Translations under genes and position numbers: made by a program
Notes under the pieces: model-generated
The model's input: only the letters and a program-made list of their open reading frames with translations
What the model was told of the DNA's origin: nothing
Databases searched by the model: none
Assembly (NCBI GenBank): GCA_963674945.2
Contig: CAXXWQ010000004.1
Location: 1,632,001 to 1,696,000, forward strand
Direction of reading: 5' to 3'
Length of the DNA stretch: 64,000 nucleotides
Source: an uncultured Desulfosarcina sp.
GTDB taxonomy: Bacteria; Desulfobacterota; Desulfobacteria; Desulfobacterales; Desulfosarcinaceae
Shown here: piece by piece, positions 18,431 through 27,518 of the stretch
Layout: every line of letters starts with the position of its first letter
Numbering within the stretch: the stretch's first letter is position 1

Positions 18431-20376
18431 ATCAGCTGGATGAACCGGCCATCCGTGCCGAATCGGTCAGTCGCACGTTCGGCGATCTGACGGCGGTGAA
18501 CGGACTTTCCCTGACGGTGAACCGTGGGGAAATTTACGGTTTGGTGGGGCCGGACGGTGCCGGAAAAACCACGACCTTGCGAATGTTGGCCGGATTGATG
18601 GATTCATCCGGCGGGCGGATGCGGGTTGCCGGATGCGAACTTCCGGATCAGAGCGATCGGGTGAAACCCCACCTTGCCTATATGAGCCAGCGCTTCGGTC
18701 TCTATCCTGACTTGACCGTGGACGAAAACATCCACTTCTATGCCGATCTATACGGTGTTACCCGAAAATCCCGCGCGTCGAGACTGGATGAACTGCTCGA
18801 TTTTTCCAACATGCGTTCATTCCGAAAAAGATTGGCCGGCAAACTTTCCGGCGGTATGAAACAGAAACTGCAGTTGATCTGTGCTCTGATTCACACGCCC
18901 GACGTCTTATTGCTGGACGAACCCACCAACGGCGTAGATCCGGTCAGTCGTCGGGATTTCTGGCGAATTCTCTATCGCATGCTCAAATCGGGCGTGGCGA
19001 TTTTGGTCACCACCGCCTACCTGGACGAAGCCGAACGATGCAATCGTATCGGTCTGATGAATCGGGGACGATTGATGACAGAGGGAAGCCCCGAAGCGGT
19101 AAGGCGCGCCTTTCCCATGAAGGTCCTCGACCTGCGTTGTGCCTCCAGCCGAAATGCCAGCCGGATCCTGGTCCAAGGTCTCGCCGGCACCGCCGATGTG
19201 GCGCTCTTCGGCGACAGCGTTCACATCGTTTCTGAAAAGCCGGAAAGGGCCGAACAGGACACACGTCGATTCCTGGAAGAGGCCGACATCACCGTCAAAG
19301 CAATCCGGTCCGTTCCGCCCACCCTCGAAGATGTATTTGTCCATGCGATCATGAGCACGGAAACAAAAGACTTTTCGCAAGACAACGAAGAAAAGGCGAG
19401 AACCGTTTCTGATTCCCGGAATGCTTCGACCGACATCGCCGTTACGGTATCGGACCTGACCCGACGATTCGGCGATTTTACCGCAGTGGACCATCTGAAC
19501 CTGACCGTACCCACCGGTGAGATTTTCGGTTTTTTGGGTCCCAACGGTGCCGGCAAAAGCACCACCATCCGTATGCTCTGCGGGCTGCTCAGCCCCTCGG
19601 CGGGAAAGGGGCGGGTCGCCGGGCACGACATCGAAAGGCAAGCCGAGAAAATCAAGCAGCAAATCGGCTATATGAGCCAGAAATTTTCACTGTACGAAGA
19701 TCTGACCGTATCGGAAAACATCGATTTCTACGGCGGCATCTACGGCCTTTCCGGTACTGGGCTGGCTGAACGCAGAAAGTGGGCGGTTCGTATGGCCGGC
19801 CTCGAAGGCCGCGAACATCAACCGACACGCCTTCTGGCCGGCGGATGGAAACAGCGCCTTTCTCTGGCCTGCGCCGTTTTGCATCGGCCGCCCATCGTGT
19901 TCCTGGACGAACCCACCAGCGGTGTGGATCCCCTGAGCCGGCGCCGCTTCTGGGACCTGATCGCCGATATGGCGGGCCGGGGCCGAACCGTCTTCGTCAC
20001 CACCCACTACATGGAAGAAGCCGAATATTGTGACCGGGTCGCCCTGATCTACAAGGGACGCATGATTGCCATGGGCTCCCCCAGGGAATTGAAATCCGAA
20101 CTGGTGGAGGAGACCATTATCGATTTACGGTGCCCCCGCCCCCAGGACCTGTTGGACGATCTGGCCACCGTAACAGGCGTCCGGGACGTTGCCCTGTTCG
20201 GTGCCGGTCTCCATCTGAAGGTGGACGACGACCAGGGGACACTGGAACGAATCCGTGACAAAACCCGCCGGATGGGAATGGAGGATGTCCCCCTCTCCCC
20301 CATCGTTCCCACCATGGAAGATGTGTTCGTTTCCCTCATCGAAAAGGAGAATCGAAATCATGAGAACAATCCTTGA
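18427..20376 (+). CDS. Dual ATPase subunit of ABC exporter, YbhF-like
   Basis: Two Walker A motifs (GPDGAGKT, GPNGAGKS) and two LDEPT motifs. Confidence 0.95.
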   Translation: MNQLDEPAIRAESVSRTFGDLTAVNGLSLTVNRGEIYGLVGPDGAGKTTTLRMLAGLMDSSGGRMRVAGCELPDQSDRVKPHLAYMSQRFGLYPDLTVDENIHFYADLYGVTRKSRASRLDELLDFSNMRSFRKRLAGKLSGGMKQKLQLICALIHTPDVLLLDEPTNGVDPVSRRDFWRILYRMLKSGVAILVTTAYLDEAERCNRIGLMNRGRLMTEGSPEAVRRAFPMKVLDLRCASSRNASRILVQGLAGTADVALFGDSVHIVSEKPERAEQDTRRFLEEADITVKAIRSVPPTLEDVFVHAIMSTETKDFSQDNEEKARTVSDSRNASTDIAVTVSDLTRRFGDFTAVDHLNLTVPTGEIFGFLGPNGAGKSTTIRMLCGLLSPSAGKGRVAGHDIERQAEKIKQQIGYMSQKFSLYEDLTVSENIDFYGGIYGLSGTGLAERRKWAVRMAGLEGREHQPTRLLAGGWKQRLSLACAVLHRPPIVFLDEPTSGVDPLSRRRFWDLIADMAGRGRTVFVTTHYMEEAEYCDRVALIYKGRMIAMGSPRELKSELVEETIIDLRCPRPQDLLDDLATVTGVRDVALFGAGLHLKVDDDQGTLERIRDKTRRMGMEDVPLSPIVPTMEDVFVSLIEKENRNHENNP

Positions 20377-20400
20377 TCCGGTGGAAGGGACAGATCACCC

Positions 20401-21540
20401 ATGGAGGAAAAGATCTCGATGAATGTGCGACGATACATGGCAGTGGCCCGCAAAGAGTTCATTCACGTGCTGCGGGACTGGCGCAGCCTCGTGCTGGCCA
20501 TCGCCATTCCCATGCTCCTCATCGCCCTGTTCGGCTATGCCCTGACCATGGATCTCAAGCTTGTGCCCACGGCAATCTGGGATCAGTCCCGAACGGCCGA
20601 GAGCCGTCAGTTGATCAGCCTGTTGGAAGGATCCCGCTATTTTTCCGTGGATCATTACGTGGACGGCGACCGCATCATCGCCGACATGCTCGACGCGGGA
20701 AAAATCTTCGTGGCCCTGGTGATCCCGTCCGATTTCGCCGACTGCATCCGGGCCGGCCGGCCGGTGGCGGTTCAGGCCCTGGTGGACGGGGCCGACGCCA
20801 ACAATGCGAACCTCGCCTTCGGTTACCTCACCGCCATCGCACAGATTTACAACACCAACATACAGATGGTGTCGCCGAATCCATCCGACCTGCCAAAAGG
20901 GGCGGTTCTTTTGCCACGGGTCTGGTACAACCCGGACATGGAGACCCGCAACGTCATTATTCCCGGCATCATCGCCCTGGTGATGGTGGTCATCGCCGCC
21001 ATGCTCACCAGTGTCACCGTGGCCCGCGAATGGGAAACCGGCACCATGGAGCAATTGATCAGTACCCCCATCCGGGTTCCCGAGCTGGTTTTGGGAAAGG
21101 TGACCCCCTATTTCGTTATCGGCCTCCTGGACGTGGCCATCGCCGTGATCATGGGACGATTACTCTTCGACGTCCCCTTACGCGGCAGCACCGGCCTTTT
21201 GTTTTTGTCCGCCTCGATCTTTCTGACCGGCGCCCTGTTTCTCGGCTTGCTGCTCAGTATCGTGCTGAAAAGCCAAGTGCTGGCCAACCAGATCGCCCTG
21301 TTCACCGGGTACCTGCCCACCTTGATGCTGTCCGGTTTCGTTTTCGGCATCTTCAACATGCCTGTGGCGATACAGATCATCACCTTCATCGTACCGGCAC
21401 GCTATTTTATCGCCCTTTTGCGTGGCATTTTCCTGAAAGGAATCGGCTTGGAGGTCTTGGGTCTCAACGCCGCCCTTTTGACCCTGTATGCGGTCATCAT
21501 GGTGGTGTTGGCCCATCGCAAGATGAAATTGAAACTATGA
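20401..21540 (+). CDS. ABC-2 permease, YbhS-like
   Basis: KEFIHVLRD, WYNP, AREWETGTMEQL. Confidence 0.92.
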   Translation: MEEKISMNVRRYMAVARKEFIHVLRDWRSLVLAIAIPMLLIALFGYALTMDLKLVPTAIWDQSRTAESRQLISLLEGSRYFSVDHYVDGDRIIADMLDAGKIFVALVIPSDFADCIRAGRPVAVQALVDGADANNANLAFGYLTAIAQIYNTNIQMVSPNPSDLPKGAVLLPRVWYNPDMETRNVIIPGIIALVMVVIAAMLTSVTVAREWETGTMEQLISTPIRVPELVLGKVTPYFVIGLLDVAIAVIMGRLLFDVPLRGSTGLLFLSASIFLTGALFLGLLLSIVLKSQVLANQIALFTGYLPTLMLSGFVFGIFNMPVAIQIITFIVPARYFIALLRGIFLKGIGLEVLGLNAALLTLYAVIMVVLAHRKMKLKL

Positions 21541-21694
21541 CGGCTTCGTAAAAAGTCCGATATCGGCGCCTGCGCTTCATTCCTCGTCACTGCGACGTAT
21601 CCGTACATACGCCTCATTCCTCGGGACTCGCAAGCCTTGATCTCGAACTTTTTACGAAGCCGTCCAAAACCCGACTTTTTACGAGTTCATCAAA
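21538..21694 (+). repeat. MITE/REP-like family A, copy 1
   Basis: IR gacggcttcgtaaaaagt...actttttacgaagccgtc; its first TGA is the stop codon of the upstream gene. Confidence 0.9.
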
Positions 21695-21721
21695 CTATAG
21701 CGATCGAAAAGGCTATTATTT

Positions 21722-22843
21722 ATGATCCTGCGCATAAAACAGATGCTGATCAAGGAATTTTACCAGATGTTCAGGGACGTACGCATGCGCATGGTGGTGC
21801 TTGCCATGCCGCTCGTCCAGATGACGGTGCTGGCCTTCGCCTTGACCACTGACGTCAAGCACATCGCCACGGCGGTCGTGGATCCGGACAACAGCCCGGC
21901 CAGTCGACAGCTGGTAGACGAATTCACCGGCGGCCATTACTTCGCCGTTACCCATCGGCTATCCAACGACATGGGTATCCGCCATTTACTGGACACCGGC
22001 CGCGTGCGGGCCGTCCTTCGCATTCCACAACACTTTTCGGCAGATCTTCGATCGGGGAAAATCGTGCCGGTGCAGCTGTTGGTAGACGGCACCCTGGGAA
22101 ACGACGCTGCCATTACCCTCAATTATGCCAACCAGGCCATAAACAGCTTCAACCAGCGCATGGCCCGGCAGCTGGCCGGTGTGACGGGCGCATCCGCCCA
22201 ATTGATGGATCTGCGCTTTCGGGCCTGGTACAACCCCAATCTGAAAAGCAAGTACTATTACATTCCCGGCCTGATCGCCGTCATGTTGATCCTTATCGGA
22301 CTGGTTCTGGCCTCTATGGCCATCGTAAGGGAAAAAGAGATCGGCACCATCGAACAGGTGATGGTCACGCCCATCCGTCGGGTGGAATTCATCATCGGCA
22401 AGACCCTTCCTTTTTTGCTGACCGGCATGGTGACCATGACGATGATGTTTATCATTGCCTACCTGCTTTTCGACATCCATGTCCAGGGAAGCCTGCTTTT
22501 GCTTTATGCGGTGGCGACGGTCTATATTTTGGGCAACCTGGGCCTGGCGCTGTTGGTCAGCGTCACCGCCCATACCCAGCAGCAGGCCCTTCTAACGGCC
22601 TTTTTCATCCTGGTGCCCGCCATCTTGCTGTCCGGTTTCATTTTTCCCATCCGCAACATGCCGCTGGTGATCCAGTGGCTCACCATATGCAACCCAATGC
22701 GGTGGTTTCTCCAGATCCTTCACGGCATCGTTGTCAAAGGGGTTGGTGTCCGCATCCTCTGGTTGCCCATGGGTGCCCTGGCCACCCTGGCAACCACGTT
22801 TCTCTCCCTTGCCGTGGCCCGCTTTAAAAAGACGTTGAGTTGA
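21722..22843 (+). CDS. ABC-2 permease, YbhR-like
   Basis: WYNPNL, IVREKEIGTIEQ. Confidence 0.92.
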   Translation: MILRIKQMLIKEFYQMFRDVRMRMVVLAMPLVQMTVLAFALTTDVKHIATAVVDPDNSPASRQLVDEFTGGHYFAVTHRLSNDMGIRHLLDTGRVRAVLRIPQHFSADLRSGKIVPVQLLVDGTLGNDAAITLNYANQAINSFNQRMARQLAGVTGASAQLMDLRFRAWYNPNLKSKYYYIPGLIAVMLILIGLVLASMAIVREKEIGTIEQVMVTPIRRVEFIIGKTLPFLLTGMVTMTMMFIIAYLLFDIHVQGSLLLLYAVATVYILGNLGLALLVSVTAHTQQQALLTAFFILVPAILLSGFIFPIRNMPLVIQWLTICNPMRWFLQILHGIVVKGVGVRILWLPMGALATLATTFLSLAVARFKKTLS

Positions 22844-22999
22844 CGGCATCGTAAAAAGTCCGATATCGGCGTTACGCTTCACCCCTCGTCACTGCGACGT
22901 ATCCAACCATACGCCTCGTTGCTGAAGGGCTCGCAATCCTTGATCCCGAACTTTTTACGATGCCGTCGGTATTCCACTCTTTTATGTGGATTCATCAAA
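22841..22999 (+). repeat. MITE/REP-like family A, copy 2
   Basis: Homologous to 21538-21694; its first TGA is the stop codon of the upstream gene. Confidence 0.9.
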
Positions 23000-23078
23000 T
23001 ATATGGGCGGGTTGTTGACGTCGATGTTGCCGGAGGTGTACAGTACATTTCCTTTTCCTCCACTGAAAGTGAGCTCAA

Positions 23079-23927
23079 ATGACGGCCTTTATCGACTGGT
23101 GGCAGCATCTGCCGGAACACATGGATCCGGTAATCTTCGAAATCGGAAGTTTCCGTTTGCAGTATTACGGTCTCATGTACATTGTGGCCTTCGCCATCAC
23201 TTACGGATTGGCGACTTACCGTCTCCGGAAAGAGGACCGGTTTTCCATGAACAACGAGCAGCTTCAGGGTCTCATGACTGCCATGATACTGGGACTGATC
23301 GTCGGCGCCCGGTTGGGCTATGTTCTGTTTTATAACTTTTCCTATTACCTTTCCAAACCGCTGGAAATCGTCTTGCCGTTCTCCTTTTCCAATGGGATTC
23401 AATTCACTGGCATCACCGGCATGTCCTATCACGGCGGCCTCATCGGAGTGGTCCTTGCCGCAGTCATCTATTTGCGGAAAAACAAATTGGAATTTTTCCA
23501 ATCGGCAGACATCGTCGTCCCATGCATCCCCTTGGGTTACACCTTCGGTCGTCTGGGAAACTTCATCAATGGAGAACTCTACGGCCGGGCGACGACCCAC
23601 CCCATCGGCATGTACTTTCCCCTTGCCCCGGGAACGGCGCTTCGACACCCATCCCAGCTTTACGAAGCCTTTTTCGAAGGCATTGTCCTTTTCGTTGCGT
23701 TGTGGGCCATCAAGGGGAAAATTCGAACGAAGGGCGCAATGCTCGGGCTCTATCTCATGGGGTACGGCCTGGTGCGTTTCTTCATCGAGTATGCCCGCCA
23801 ACCCGATGCCCACCTGGGATTTGTCTGGCTCTTCTTCTCCATGGGCCAGCTTCTGTGCCTGACCATGATCTGTTGTGGAGGACTGCTGCTGGTCTTTCTC
23901 AAACGTGCATCCGGAAAAAGTGCTTGA
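23079..23927 (+). CDS. lgt: Prolipoprotein diacylglyceryl transferase
   Basis: YGLMY, GARLGYV, GMSYHGG, GRLGNFINGEL, HPSQLYE. Confidence 0.97.
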   Translation: MTAFIDWWQHLPEHMDPVIFEIGSFRLQYYGLMYIVAFAITYGLATYRLRKEDRFSMNNEQLQGLMTAMILGLIVGARLGYVLFYNFSYYLSKPLEIVLPFSFSNGIQFTGITGMSYHGGLIGVVLAAVIYLRKNKLEFFQSADIVVPCIPLGYTFGRLGNFINGELYGRATTHPIGMYFPLAPGTALRHPSQLYEAFFEGIVLFVALWAIKGKIRTKGAMLGLYLMGYGLVRFFIEYARQPDAHLGFVWLFFSMGQLLCLTMICCGGLLLVFLKRASGKSA

Positions 23928-24007
23928 AGGCCGCTTTATTTTCATAATTTGTAAATACAATTTATGAAATTGGGGTGGAAAACATTTTTGAGATGACTTC
24001 TATCAAA

Positions 24008-24164
24008 TTTGATAAACTCGCAAAAAGCCAAGTTTCGGAAGGCTTCGTAAAAAGTTCGAGATCAAGGCTTGCGAGCCCCGAGGAACGAGGCGTATGATTG
24101 GATACGTCGCAGTGACGAGGGATGAAGCGCAGGCGCCGATATCGGACTTTTTACGAAGCCGTCA
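24008..24164 (-). repeat. MITE/REP-like family A, copy 3 (inverted)
   Basis: Reverse complement of copy 1; abuts the stop codon of the 24165 gene. Confidence 0.9.
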
Positions 24165-24659
24165 TTACGGCGAAACAAACTCCAGTACCCTCCCCCTGGA
24201 GGTAAACGAGATGCCCTGCTGGGTCTTGGTGCTGATCATCACCGATTCGATCAACGGCTCTGTAACCGGTTGTGTCGACCGCCATCGAATGATGAATTTG
24301 GCGCCGGAACCACCGCTTTTGTCCGATTCTGGTACGACATACCGTTTCGTTGCCATAGCCTCCAGAGAGATGGGCTTGTCCAGGTAATGTTTCAGGAACT
24401 TGCCATCCGAGTCGTAATAATCCACCGTGGTCAATTCGATGGCATGGGCCAGATCGGTGTTGCGGATGCTCAAGGTGGCGGCAAGATAGAAGGGCATTTC
24501 CCGGTCTCCGCTATAGATATGAGAATAGACCGGGACGTACACGGTTTGTCCTTTGAAATGACGCATCTCGGCATCTGCCGGTCGGATCGAAAGGCACACA
24601 ATCATCGCCAAAAAGATTATCATACAGGCAGTGGATCTCGAAATGACGGTCAGAGACAT
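24165..24659 (-). CDS. DUF3124-like exported protein
   Basis: Signal peptide; GQTVYVPVYSHIY, LSIRNTD, GGSGAKF, GISFTSRG. Confidence 0.85.
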   Translation of the reverse strand: MSLTVISRSTACMIIFLAMIVCLSIRPADAEMRHFKGQTVYVPVYSHIYSGDREMPFYLAATLSIRNTDLAHAIELTTVDYYDSDGKFLKHYLDKPISLEAMATKRYVVPESDKSGGSGAKFIIRWRSTQPVTEPLIESVMISTKTQQGISFTSRGRVLEFVSP

Positions 24660-24782
24660 GGAGGAAACTCCTTTCAAACAATATCAGATAATTCTGTAAA
24701 GTATGAGAATAATCTTACCAGCATCCACGGGTCAAATCAATTGGAGCCAAAAAGAAGGGCACAATTAAAAACATTCTTCATT

Positions 24783-24800
24783 GGTTGACTTGGATCAACC
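24783..24800. promoter_or_regulatory. CRP/FNR-family-like palindromic site
   Basis: GGTTGAC-TTGG-ATCAACC resembles TTGAT-N4-ATCAA, in a divergent intergenic region. Confidence 0.4.
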
Positions 24801-25043
24801 CATCATTGCTTGAAAATCGATAAAACAGGATCATTTTACGTGATCGAATGACATGTTTTGCAGGGAAAGGAGAGTCTCATCAATGAAAAGGAGCGATGAT
24901 GCCGAAACCGCCGTAGGCCAGGTCCCCTTTTTCGTTGGTAAAAAGGTCTGCGATTTCCTCGATTTGTACAAAGCCCGAAGCACCCATGGGCAGCGTTTCG
25001 CCCCGGTATTGACCGATGCGGATGTGGATCGGTTTTCCCAAAG

Positions 25044-25847
25044 GTGGAAACCGTGACAACCCGGCCGCCCCATGCGGAGCAACTGGCACCGCACCTGGAG
25101 GACATCTTTCGCCGATTCCACCGGAAAGCCTATATTCACCCCGACCCCCTGGAATTTCTCTACCGTTGGAAAGACGTGAAAGAGAGGGAGATCGTCGGGC
25201 TGGTGGCTTCTAGTCTCGCCTACGGCCGTGTACTGCAGATCCTGAAAAGCGTGTCCGTTGTACTCGATACGATGGGACCTTCCCCCTATCGCTACGTCAC
25301 CCGAACCCCTTTGAAAATCATGGCAAAGGACTTTTCCGCGTTTCGCCACCGCTTCGCCGACGGCTGCCATCTATCGGCACTGCTATTTGGTATAGGAAGG
25401 GTAATCCGAAAATTCGGCAGCATTGAAGCATGCCTGGCCCAGGGCATGGCCACATGCGGATCAGACCCCTGGTCCGGCCTTGTCCATCTTTACGAACAGC
25501 TGACTTGTGGCCGAAAGCCCCTTGGACACCTGCTGGCCGACCCGCACAAGACCAGTGCCTGCAAACGGCTTCATCTGTACCTTCGCTGGATGGTCCGCTC
25601 CGACGCCATTGATCCCGGCGGCTGGCGATGTATCTCTCCCGCTTCACTGATCGTTCCCTTGGACACCCATATGTTCGCCATTGGCCGACGCCTCGGCTTT
25701 ACCCGGCGGCGTCAGGCGGACAGAGGAGCAGCCCTGGAAATTACCGACGGATTCAGGGCCATCTGTCCCTGTGATCCTGTGCGATTCGATTTCTCATTGA
25801 GTCGGCTGGGCATACGGCAGGAGCTGACGTTGTCTCTTTTGCCTTAA
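25044..25847 (+). CDS. TIGR02757/DUF2400-family protein
   Basis: DPLEFL, LAYGRV, SACKRLHLYLRWMVR, PLDTH, DPVRFDFSL. Confidence 0.88.
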   Translation: METVTTRPPHAEQLAPHLEDIFRRFHRKAYIHPDPLEFLYRWKDVKEREIVGLVASSLAYGRVLQILKSVSVVLDTMGPSPYRYVTRTPLKIMAKDFSAFRHRFADGCHLSALLFGIGRVIRKFGSIEACLAQGMATCGSDPWSGLVHLYEQLTCGRKPLGHLLADPHKTSACKRLHLYLRWMVRSDAIDPGGWRCISPASLIVPLDTHMFAIGRRLGFTRRRQADRGAALEITDGFRAICPCDPVRFDFSLSRLGIRQELTLSLLP

Positions 25848-25908
25848 TTTTCCCGTCATAAATGACTTGACACGAACCCCGGTTTTGGCCTCGGGAGTAA
25901 GGGGAAAG

Positions 25909-25975
25909 AGATGGACGAAGGACGAAGGACGAAACAATATGAATTTCGTCCATCCTCCCTCATCCTTGATCCATC
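25909..25975. repeat. Short heptamer tandem repeat with an inverted arm
   Basis: GGACGAA x3 followed by tttcgtccatcctc... Confidence 0.6.
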
Positions 25976-26114
25976 ATCGCGCCGCCATCGCATACGCCTT
26001 GAACATTTTTGCCATTGATGATATTGTAGCTTGTCTTATCACACAATACCCGACTGAAGAAGAGTCCCTATTGATACCGGAAAATCCCGTTCCCAAGCTG
26101 CATGTAGAGCGAAA

Positions 26115-27464
26115 ATGAAGGCCTTGAGCATCGACAATATATTATCCAATCGCAAAACCCTGGAACGAATTCTGGATAATATGAAAGATGGCATCATCGC
26201 CCACGACTTGAACCGGCGCATCTTTTTCTTTAACAAAAAGGCGGAAGAGATCACCGGATACCGCCGTGAGAATGTCATTGGAAAGGATTGTCATGAGGCA
26301 TTGGGCGGTCCGCTTTGCGGCAGCCGGTGCTCTTTTTGCGGCGACAAACCGATGTTCGTCGATTCCGCCGAATACCCCGTTAATATGATCACCCGTACGG
26401 GGGAACCGCGGAGGCTCGAAATGACGGCCACCATGATGCGAGACAGCAGGGAAAGGAATGTCGGTGTACTTGCCACCTTCAGAGACGTCACCGACCTATT
26501 CGAATTGAGGGTCAGAGCAAAAGAAATGACAGGATTTTCCAACATCGTCGGTTGTGACGACAAGATGGTGGAGGTATTCCGTCAAATCAAGGATGTCTCC
26601 GGCTACGACTATCCGGTTCACATCTTCGGGGAGACCGGAACCGGTAAGGAGTTGGTGGCCAGTGCCATTCATAACGAAAGTCTGCGCGCGGGAAATCCCT
26701 TCGTTCCCATCAATTGCGGAGCTCTTCCCGAGGGCCTCATCGAGAGTGAATTGTTCGGTCATGTCAAAGGCGCCTTTTCCGGTGCCATCCGGGATAAAAA
26801 GGGCCGGTTTGAATTGGCCGACAAGGGAACCATATTCCTGGACGAGATCGCCGAACTGCCCAAACTGCTTCAGGTGAAACTTTTGCGATTTCTCCAGGAA
26901 GGCACATTCGAGAAGGTGGGAGGAGAAAAAACCGTATCGGTGGACGTGCGTGTGGTCAGTGCCACCAACAAGGATTTGAAGAGAGAAGTGAAGATGGGCC
27001 GCTTTCGAGAAGATCTGTTTTACCGACTCAACGTCATTCCCATCCACATCCCGCCCATTCGGGAACGTAAATCGGACATTCCCCTGCTTGTAGACCACTT
27101 TTTGTCAAAGGCACCGACCATCCGCGGACAGCGGCCCGTCCGCATGGCCCAGGACGCCTTGAATCTGTTGATGGATTATTCATGGCCGGGAAATGTGCGT
27201 GAACTCCAAAACGCCGTCCAATTCGCCATCGTCCGCTGCAAGGGGAAGGTGATTCGCGCCGAAGATCTGCCCATGGAACTCAAGAACATGGTTTGCGAGC
27301 CTCCCAAGCGCGGGCCCGTTCGCAAACTGGATGCAGAGCGAGTAAAATCGGCACTGGAGAAAACCGGCGGGAACAAGGCGCGGGCGGCCAAAGTATTGGG
27401 CGTCGGACGCGCCACCTTATATCGATTCCTGGGTGATCACCCCCAGATTCTCACGGAAGAATAA
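26115..27464 (+). CDS. PAS-domain sigma54-dependent transcriptional activator
   Basis: PAS; GETGTGKE; ELFGHVKGAFSGA; WPGNVREL; Fis-type HTH. Confidence 0.95.
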   Translation: MKALSIDNILSNRKTLERILDNMKDGIIAHDLNRRIFFFNKKAEEITGYRRENVIGKDCHEALGGPLCGSRCSFCGDKPMFVDSAEYPVNMITRTGEPRRLEMTATMMRDSRERNVGVLATFRDVTDLFELRVRAKEMTGFSNIVGCDDKMVEVFRQIKDVSGYDYPVHIFGETGTGKELVASAIHNESLRAGNPFVPINCGALPEGLIESELFGHVKGAFSGAIRDKKGRFELADKGTIFLDEIAELPKLLQVKLLRFLQEGTFEKVGGEKTVSVDVRVVSATNKDLKREVKMGRFREDLFYRLNVIPIHIPPIRERKSDIPLLVDHFLSKAPTIRGQRPVRMAQDALNLLMDYSWPGNVRELQNAVQFAIVRCKGKVIRAEDLPMELKNMVCEPPKRGPVRKLDAERVKSALEKTGGNKARAAKVLGVGRATLYRFLGDHPQILTEE

Positions 27465-27491
27465 TAAAAAGGGGCTCGAAACCGAGCCCCT
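27465..27491 (-). terminator. Rho-independent terminator for cooS
   Basis: aggggctcg/cgagcccct stem with an A-run on the left. Confidence 0.75.
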
Positions 27492-27518
27492 CCATTGGCT
27501 ATCATTTTGTAGATGACA

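Noticed and set aside
20373..21551. 392-aa ORF overlapping the ABC permease
   Set aside because: Alternative frame of a clear permease gene; Arg/Pro-rich composition typical of spurious frames
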